DNA of 64,000 nucleotides. It comes from Bacilli bacterium. GTDB lineage: Bacteria > Bacillota_I > Bacilli_A > RF39 > UBA660. Positions 57,499 through 64,000 of the stretch are shown one piece after another. Each line of letters begins with the position of its first letter. The stretch's first letter is position 1. A model generated the notes under the pieces. The model saw only the letters and a program-made list of their open reading frames with translations, did not search any database and was not told the origin of the DNA. The stretch lies in contig JAGHHZ010000024.1 in assembly GCA_017887425.1 (NCBI GenBank), positions 49,534 to 113,533 of the forward strand, in the 5' to 3' direction. The position numbers and the translations under genes are program-made.

Positions 57499-57510
57499 GG
57501 AGGTAATAAT

Positions 57511-58032
57511 ATGGCAAGAGTTAAAGGTGGAACAATCAGTCGTGCAAGACATAAAAAAGTTTTAGATCAAGCCAAAGGATATTTTGGTAGTAAACATAGA
57601 CTTTACCGTACTGCAAATGAACAAGTAATGCATTCTGGTAAATATGCATTCCGTGATAGAAAACAAAAGAAAAGAGATTTCCGTAAATTATGGATTACAA
57701 GAATTAATGCAGCTTGTCGTCAAAATGATATTAGTTATTCAAAATTTATCAATGGTTTAAATAAAGCTGAAATTGATATCAACCGTAAAATGTTAAGCGA
57801 GATTGCTATTGATAATCCAAAAGCATTTACTGAATTAGTTAGTGTTGCTAAAGATGCTTTAGAAGGAAAAGTAACTAAAGCTGTTAAAGAAACTAAAACA
57901 GCTAAAACTGAAAAAACAAGTTCAGATTTAAGCAGTAAAACAGTTGCTGAATTAAAGGAAATAGCTAAAGAAAAGAATATCGAAGGATATTCAACAATGA
58001 AAAAAGCAGAATTATTAGAAGCTTTAAAATAA
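57511..58032 (+). CDS. rplT: 50S ribosomal protein L20 with a roughly 55-aa C-terminal extension carrying a Rho_N-like motif
   Basis: Residues 1 to about 118 are canonical L20 (MARVKGG...[11 protein letters not shown]). The extension is [53 protein letters not shown]. Confidence 0.85.
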   Translation: MARVKGGTISRARHKKVLDQAKGYFGSKHRLYRTANEQVMHSGKYAFRDRKQKKRDFRKLWITRINAACRQNDISYSKFINGLNKAEIDINRKMLSEIAIDNPKAFTELVSVAKDALEGKVTKAVKETKTAKTEKTSSDLSSKTVAELKEIAKEKNIEGYSTMKKAELLEALK

Positions 58033-58047
58033 GCTTCTTTTTTTTAC
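58018..58047 (+). terminator. Rho-independent terminator of the infC-rpmI-rplT operon
   Basis: GAAGCTT-taaaat-AAGCTTC hairpin followed by T10. It overlaps the rplT stop. Confidence 0.65.
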
Positions 58048-58050
58048 ATA

Positions 58051-58812
58051 TTGTATAATCATAAATATTATTATATAATTAATATGGTGGATAGTATGTG
58101 GAAAATTATAAAATGGCCATTAATTTATTTGGTAATTCAGTTTATATTAATATTTGCTTTAGCTTATTATTTTGTTAGTAATGGTAATAATATTGAAGGA
58201 TTTAATAATTTTTTAGTCGACAAACAAATATATATTGCGATTGCTTTAGGAATTATTTTTATCCCACTTTTAATTTATGGCTACCGTGACTTTAGGCAGG
58301 ATAGCAGAAAAATAAATGTTTTTGGTTTAATTTTATTAGGTATAATTATTAGTTTATTATATAATGTTTTTGCTTTTTATTTAAATGAATACTTTTTAAA
58401 AACTGATTTATATTCTAATCAAAATAATCTACTTACAACTTTAGTCATAACTGGATTAATTGGTCCTATAATCGAAGAATTGATGTTTAGAGGAATAATT
58501 TATAATGAATTAAAACTTAAAGTGTCTCCTATGAAAGCAATACTAATAACTACTTTATTTTTCGCAATAACGCATTTTAATGTCTTACAAATAATTTATA
58601 CTTTTGCAGTTGGCTTCTTATTTATTTTCTTTTATGAAAAATATAAAGACATCAAAGCTCCAATTATTTTACATATGACATTAAATATAACGACGACGTT
58701 ATTTTTACCATTATTGACAAAAAATATTTTTGCTGTTAATTATACTGTTTTTCTAATTAGTCTAGTTGGCTTATTTATTGCTTTTCAATATACGAAAATA
58801 TTTAAATCATGA
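58051..58812 (+). CDS. CPBP-family intramembrane glutamic endopeptidase (CAAX protease-like)
   Basis: Polytopic membrane protein with EELMFRG and FAITHF motifs. Confidence 0.7.
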   Translation: MYNHKYYYIINMVDSMWKIIKWPLIYLVIQFILIFALAYYFVSNGNNIEGFNNFLVDKQIYIAIALGIIFIPLLIYGYRDFRQDSRKINVFGLILLGIIISLLYNVFAFYLNEYFLKTDLYSNQNNLLTTLVITGLIGPIIEELMFRGIIYNELKLKVSPMKAILITTLFFAITHFNVLQIIYTFAVGFLFIFFYEKYKDIKAPIILHMTLNITTTLFLPLLTKNIFAVNYTVFLISLVGLFIAFQYTKIFKS

Positions 58813-58833
58813 TATAATAAAAGAGGTGATTAC

Positions 58834-59331
58834 ATGAAGAATTTATATATTGACTTTGACGGCGTAATAATGGATACCATCGGTGTTACTTATGATATGT
58901 TAGATAGATTAGAAGTTGACCGTAAAGACCCTGATAAAATGAAAGAGTTTTATTCTAATTTGAATTGGAAACAATTACTAACTTTAACGCCGATTATCAA
59001 TGATGGCTATAATTGTTTAAAAAAGATATTTGCTTCTAATAAGTTTAATGTAGCAATATTAACCCATGTTAATTCATTAGATGAAGCAGTTGCTAAAATA
59101 AACCATATTAGAAAATATTTTAAAGATGTAACAATAATTCCTGTTCCAAGGGAAATATCTAAAACTAAAATATGCTTAAGTAAAGATGCTATATTAATTG
59201 ATGATTATTCAGGTAACTTAAAAGAGTGGGAAAGTGAAGGAGGAATTGGCGTTCAATTTTCTCGTGATTTAGCTAAAGATAAAGGATTCCCAGTTATTGA
59301 TAGGTTAGATAAAATTATCGATATGTTTTAA
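58834..59331 (+). CDS. HAD-superfamily 5'(3')-deoxyribonucleotidase-like protein
   Basis: HAD motif I (LYIDFDGVIMDT) and the fold pattern of the NT5C family. 165 aa. Confidence 0.55.
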   Translation: MKNLYIDFDGVIMDTIGVTYDMLDRLEVDRKDPDKMKEFYSNLNWKQLLTLTPIINDGYNCLKKIFASNKFNVAILTHVNSLDEAVAKINHIRKYFKDVTIIPVPREISKTKICLSKDAILIDDYSGNLKEWESEGGIGVQFSRDLAKDKGFPVIDRLDKIIDMF

Positions 59332-59357
59332 TAATTTAAATAGAAAGAGGAAATATT

Positions 59358-60950
59358 ATGACTTTATTTATTGGTGCTTTGTTTTTTATGTTAGCATTTA
59401 CAATAGCCGATTTAAAAAAAGCTTTTCATATGCTTCAGCAAAATTGGTACAATGATGGAGATCGTTATTTAAAATGGATTAATAATAATAGTCGTTTTGT
59501 TTTTCTATGGTTTGATTATATTTATATATTTATATCTTTAATCGGATATTTTATCGATCCTAATATTTTAAGTATTATATTTATAATTTATTATTTTATA
59601 ATTACTTTTATGCTACTAGAAAGATATAAAAATGAGCAAGTAAAAAAACCATTAGTTTTTACTAGTCGTATTAAAAGAATGTGTGTAACAATAGCTATTT
59701 TATATTTAATTCCGGTAACAACTATTTTTCTAACTTTTGATGAAAATTTAATTTTTATTTATTACTTTATTATCGGCAGTTTAATTTATTTTAATTATTA
59801 TATTGTTTATTTGGCTAATATCATTAATAAACCAGTAGAAAAATTAGTTTATTTATATTATAAAAACAAAGCTAATAAAAAATTAAAAAGTTTAAATCAT
59901 ATGAAAGTTATTGGTGTTACTGGTAGTTATGGTAAAACTAGTACTAAAAATATCATTAGTGATATTTTAAATATTAAATATATTGCTTTTCCAACACCTC
60001 AAAACTTTAACACTAATTATGGTTTAATCAGAACAATTAATGAATATATTGATAAATATAACGATTATTTTATAGCTGAGCTAGGAGCTTTTAGAAGAGG
60101 TGATATCAAATCTAGAGCAAGTATTGTTAAACCTAAATATGGTGTTTTAACTAAAATAGGAACTGCGCATTTAGATACTTTTGGTTCGATAGAAAATACA
60201 ACTAAAGCTAAATTCGAATTAATTGAATCATTGCCTAAAGATGGAATTGCTTTTTTAAATATCGATGATGAATTACAAGTAAATTATCAATTAAAAAATA
60301 AAGTAAGAATAGTTTGGTACGGATTAAATGATGAAGCTGACGTATATGCTACAAATATCAAATATTCTAAAGATGGTATGAGTTTTAAAGTTCATTTTAA
60401 AAACGATAAAAACGCCTATGAATTTACGACTAAATTATTAGGTGAGGCTAACGTATACAATGTTTTAGCAGGAATAGCTGTTAGTAAAGAATTAGGCTTG
60501 AATATTGAAGAATTACAAAAAGGTGTTTCTCAAATCAGACCAATCGAACATCGATTGCAAATACGTAAATATGGTTTAATTACTTATATCGATGATGCTT
60601 ATAATTCTAATCCAGTTGGCTCAAAAATGGCTTTAGATGTTTTGAAACTAATGCCAGGTAAAAAAGTGGTTATCACACCAGGAATGATTGAGATGGGAAG
60701 CAAACAATATGAAGTTAATTATAACTTTGGTAGATTTATTGGTAGTAGTGTTGATTTAGCTATCTTAGTTGGAACTGAACAAACGAAACCAATTCAAGAG
60801 GGAATAAAATCTACTAAATTCAATTTAGAAAATTTAATTGTCTTAAACGATGTAAAAGAAGCAATAGCTATCGCTCAAACTTATTTTAAAAATCAAGAAA
60901 CCTATATATTATTAGAAAATGATTTGCCAGATGTCTTTAATGAGAAATAA
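59358..60950 (+). CDS. murF: UDP-N-acetylmuramoyl-tripeptide--D-alanyl-D-alanine ligase (MurF) fused to an N-terminal polytopic membrane domain
   Basis: Mur ligase P-loop GVTGSYGKTSTK. MurF-type motifs (NFNTNYG, IDDAYNSNP, VITPGMIEMGS). The first roughly 180 aa are hydrophobic with about 5 predicted TM helices, replacing the usual soluble domain 1. Confidence 0.75.
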   Translation: MTLFIGALFFMLAFTIADLKKAFHMLQQNWYNDGDRYLKWINNNSRFVFLWFDYIYIFISLIGYFIDPNILSIIFIIYYFIITFMLLERYKNEQVKKPLVFTSRIKRMCVTIAILYLIPVTTIFLTFDENLIFIYYFIIGSLIYFNYYIVYLANIINKPVEKLVYLYYKNKANKKLKSLNHMKVIGVTGSYGKTSTKNIISDILNIKYIAFPTPQNFNTNYGLIRTINEYIDKYNDYFIAELGAFRRGDIKSRASIVKPKYGVLTKIGTAHLDTFGSIENTTKAKFELIESLPKDGIAFLNIDDELQVNYQLKNKVRIVWYGLNDEADVYATNIKYSKDGMSFKVHFKNDKNAYEFTTKLLGEANVYNVLAGIAVSKELGLNIEELQKGVSQIRPIEHRLQIRKYGLITYIDDAYNSNPVGSKMALDVLKLMPGKKVVITPGMIEMGSKQYEVNYNFGRFIGSSVDLAILVGTEQTKPIQEGIKSTKFNLENLIVLNDVKEAIAIAQTYFKNQETYILLENDLPDVFNEK

Positions 60951-61026
60951 TAATTTCTCTTTTTTTGCGATTTGACAATTTTTTCATTTTAAAATATAAT
61001 AATAAACCGATAAAGGGGGAATTATT

Positions 61027-61680
61027 ATGAAAAGAGAGCTACGTGAATTAATTGTTTTGATATTTGAAGGGTATTTAGTAAGAAAAAATGAACATCGTTT
61101 ATATGATAGAGATAGTGCAATACCAGAACAAATTATATCAATGTATTATCAAGCAAATGAAGAACCACCTTTTAAAATTCTTTATAATAATTTTAAAAGA
61201 AAATACTTATATAATGAAAGTCGAATTGACGAAACACTTTCTGATGAAGAATTGGAAGGATTGGACCGTGTATATGATTATATAAGGGGGTATGATTTTA
61301 GTAAACAGAAATTTGATGTATTTGTCGAAGGATTGAAAATTCACGCATTATTATATTCTGCTTGTCCATATCCAGAATTTGGAGGACAATTAAGGGATAA
61401 CACAGCTGTTTTAAAAGATGAAATAGTTGAAGTACCACCTGCTAGTGAAGCTAAAAAATATTTTCAGTCATTTATTGGTTATAAATTACCTGAAGTAGAT
61501 TTTGCTGATCCTGCATCAATATTTTCTTATATTAATGCTTGTATTTATATAACAACCGAACTAATAAGAAATCAACCATTTACAGATGGTAATAAAAGAA
61601 CATTTAGAGCATTACTAAACTTAATGTTTAAACAACATAATTTGCCACCTGTCTATGTTAAGACTAAAGAAAGAGAATAG
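61027..61680 (+). pseudogene. Fic/Doc-family (Fido) protein gene interrupted by an in-frame amber codon; frame continues to 61842
   Basis: Doc-type motif QPFTDGNKRTFRALL (HxFxDGNKR-like). TAG at 61678..61680 is followed in the same frame by 53 sense codons (YKDALMKAMKKRDYASLNQFYYY...). These fit the conserved post-motif helix of Fic proteins. Confidence 0.5.
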
Positions 61681-61843
61681 TATAAGGATGCTTTAATGAA
61701 AGCTATGAAAAAAAGAGACTATGCATCTTTAAATCAATTTTATTATTATAAAATATGTGATTCAATTTATGATTTAGATATTGCTGAAGAGTTAAAAAAA
61801 GAAGACGAAAAAGTTTATTCTAAGAAAAAACCGAATAATTAAA

Positions 61844-61869
61844 AAATCTACTGCTTTAGTAGATTTTTT
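61844..61869. terminator. Bidirectional terminator between the Fic-like locus and murE
   Basis: AAATCTACT-gcttt-AGTAGATTT hairpin flanked by A/T runs. Confidence 0.55.
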
Positions 61870-63257
61870 AAGTGCTTTTTAACTTCGTCTAAATCACAAA
61901 ATTCGATAATTTTATCTTTTAATATTTGATAGTTTTCACTACCTTTACCAATAATTAAAACAATATCATTTTTATGAGCCATATTAATAGCTTTCTTAAT
62001 TGCTTCACTACGATCTAATACTATTTCATAATTTTTATAATCCTTGACATCACTAACTAAATCATTAGCTATATCAATAGGATTTTCTCCTCTTGGATCT
62101 TGACTTGTTACAATTGCATAATCACAGTTAGTAATTACATTATAGCCTTTACTAGGTCGTTTACTTCGATCACGTTCGCCTGGTTCAGAGAAAACAACTA
62201 TTAAACGATCATGTTCTAAACTGTTCATAAACTCTAATAATTTACTAATGCCATTAGGCGTATGAGCATAATCGACAATTACTTTAAAGTCTTGCCCTAA
62301 ATCGATATTTTCTAAACGTCCGCTAACTTTAATTTTATAAAGATTTTTAATTAAATCATTCATATTATATCCTAAATTTACTAAAGCAAGTAATGCGGCA
62401 CATAAATTATAAACATTAAACATAGCAATTAGAGGACTTTCAATTTCATATTCTTGATTTTGATAAATAATTTTAAATAATGTTTTATTTTCAAATAATC
62501 TAACATCTTTAAAATATAAGTCATTATCTTTATTTTTACCATAAGTATATATTTTTTTACAATGTTTACTTACTTCTAAATAATGTTCATCATCCTTGTT
62601 TAAAATACAAGGACCAATTGTATTTTCAAATAATTTACACTTACAATTGATATAGTTTTCTAATGTTTTATGAGTATTTAAGTGTTCTTTAGTAATGTTA
62701 GTTAAAATGCTACAATTAAATTTAATTCCATTAACTCGGTCATAGTGCAAAGCTTCACTTGATACTTCCATACTAACTGTTTTAATATTATTTTTAACCA
62801 TATCAGCAAATAAAGGAATTGTTTTATCTAAACTAGGTGTAGTGTTACTAGTTTTCTCTTTGTAATTATTATAATTAATACCATTAGTTCCAATATAGGC
62901 ACAATTATCAAGTAATTGATAAATAATTGTTGCGACAGTAGTTTTACCATCTGTTCCTGTTATACCAATCATATTTAACTTACGAGTAGGATAATCGTAG
63001 AATTTATTAATAATATCAACAAATGCTTGATTAGGATTGCCTACTTTAATAATCGGAACAGATTTTTTTCCAACATCATTTTTGACAATAATGGCAGCTG
63101 CTCCTTTATTAATCGCATCATCAATAAATAAGTGACGATCCATCGTTTTATTATCGATACAAATAAATAAATCACCTTTTTGAATATTAACAGAACTAGT
63201 CTTAATACCAGTTATTAAAGTATCATAAGGACAGTCAATTAATTCGTTTAATTTCAT
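61848..63257 (-). CDS. murE: UDP-N-acetylmuramoyl-L-alanyl-D-glutamate--diamino-acid ligase
   Basis: Mur ligase P-loop GITGTDGKTT and the MurE-specific domain arrangement. 469 aa. Confidence 0.85.
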   Translation of the reverse strand: MKLNELIDCPYDTLITGIKTSSVNIQKGDLFICIDNKTMDRHLFIDDAINKGAAAIIVKNDVGKKSVPIIKVGNPNQAFVDIINKFYDYPTRKLNMIGITGTDGKTTVATIIYQLLDNCAYIGTNGINYNNYKEKTSNTTPSLDKTIPLFADMVKNNIKTVSMEVSSEALHYDRVNGIKFNCSILTNITKEHLNTHKTLENYINCKCKLFENTIGPCILNKDDEHYLEVSKHCKKIYTYGKNKDNDLYFKDVRLFENKTLFKIIYQNQEYEIESPLIAMFNVYNLCAALLALVNLGYNMNDLIKNLYKIKVSGRLENIDLGQDFKVIVDYAHTPNGISKLLEFMNSLEHDRLIVVFSEPGERDRSKRPSKGYNVITNCDYAIVTSQDPRGENPIDIANDLVSDVKDYKNYEIVLDRSEAIKKAINMAHKNDIVLIIGKGSENYQILKDKIIEFCDLDEVKKHLKNLLKQ

Positions 63258-64000
63258 TTTCTCACCTTCTTAATTATAATTACAGCCACCAATCCGCCTA
63301 ACAAAATAATAATATAATTATAACTATTATTTTCGTTATTGATAATAGGTTCAGGTCTTGTTTTTTCTTCTTCATACTTATTAATTAAGCTATTAATATT
63401 ATCAACATTGCCATCAAAATTAATAAAATAGTCTTTAACCTCATTATTAATATTTTCATATTTGGTATCATTTTTATAAGTGTCATAATATTCTAGTAAA
63501 TTATTAACTTCTTCAGGTACTTCGTAAAGACTAGGGGCTATACTAGGAGTTTGATAATAATTAGTTAAATTCTCATAAGCACTAGCAATTTGGTAAATTA
63601 CTTTTTCGTTATTAGCTTGAGCCATTATTTCTAAACCATAAGGTAATCCATCGTTAAATCCCATAGGAATACTAATTGCTGGGAAACCAATTAAAGGAGC
63701 AGTACTAGAACTTGGTGTATAAATTTGACTATATTTAGCTTCAGCATTAGTATATAACTCTGTTTTTAAAGTAGGGTAGATAATAGCATCTATTTCATAT
63801 TCCTCAAATCTATTATTAGCTGATTTAATATTATTATTACGAATACTTAAATAATTTTGATAAGTGCTAGTTTCTCTATAATCATTATCACAATAATAAC
63901 CATTATAACCATTAATATATTGCGTATAACCGCCGTTTTTAATTAAGTCATCTAAACTTTTAATTTTGCTAGAAGTACCTTGAATATATTGATTAAAATT
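63254..64000 (-). CDS. Amidase-signature family protein (GatA-like), C-terminal part, with an unusual C-terminal extension ending in a TM anchor. The frame runs open to the window edge (5'-partial).
   Basis: The minus-strand frame is open from 64000. It contains the amidase C-terminal signature PLIGFPAISIPMGFNDGLPYGLEIMAQ, then about 100 extra residues ending in IIILLGGLVAVIIIKKVRK. It overlaps the murE start by 4 nt. Confidence 0.6.
   Translation of the reverse strand, partial: NFNQYIQGTSSKIKSLDDLIKNGGYTQYINGYNGYYCDNDYRETSTYQNYLSIRNNNIKSANNRFEEYEIDAIIYPTLKTELYTNAEAKYSQIYTPSSSTAPLIGFPAISIPMGFNDGLPYGLEIMAQANNEKVIYQIASAYENLTNYYQTPSIAPSLYEVPEEVNNLLEYYDTYKNDTKYENINNEVKDYFINFDGNVDNINSLINKYEEEKTRPEPIINNENNSYNYIIILLGGLVAVIIIKKVRK

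Overview
Reading this AT-rich (~28-30% GC) window suggests a low-GC Firmicutes chromosome region using the standard genetic code (TGA is a stop; long ORFs read cleanly). It is densely packed with housekeeping genes, mostly on the + strand. Several blocks keep Bacillus/Clostridium-type synteny: rlmN-stp-pknB-rsgA-rpe; cmk-alaS-ireB-ruvX-DUF1292-mltG-O-methyltransferase; gltX; tkt; tandem pyk; leuS-metG; relA-dtd; a partial dcw cluster (class B PBP-mraY...ftsW, with murF and murE nearby); and infC-rpmI-rplT with a leader and an AUU start. One tRNA-Gly(GCC) is present. I found no transposases, integrases, rRNA or CRISPR arrays. Sporulation-type genes suggest an endospore-forming lineage, possibly Erysipelotrichia/Clostridia-like. 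These are a SpoVD-like PBP, a SpoVB/YtgP-like flippase, a Cse60-like miniprotein and a BclA-like collagen protein. The main oddities are: (1) a sigma-70 family factor with three extra tandem region-4 HTH modules, preceded by two unknown genes; (2) a BclA-like collagen-repeat gene with GC-rich 36-bp tandem repeats, convergent with gmk; (3) a TtcA-like PP-loop ATPase translationally coupled to a radical SAM/SPASM-like enzyme, followed by a lipoprotein and a putative ~180-nt sRNA; (4) ribosomal protein L20 with a C-terminal Rho_N-like extension; (5) a 586-aa AlaRS at the canonical alaS locus lacking the C-Ala domain; (6) tandem pyruvate kinase paralogs, the second degenerate at substrate-binding residues; (7) MurF with an N-terminal five-helix membrane domain; (8) a Fic/Doc gene interrupted by an in-frame amber codon; (9) an HExxH protein and a pentapeptide-repeat protein inserted between mraY and ftsW. 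All functional calls are from motif recognition by eye. No database searches were run.
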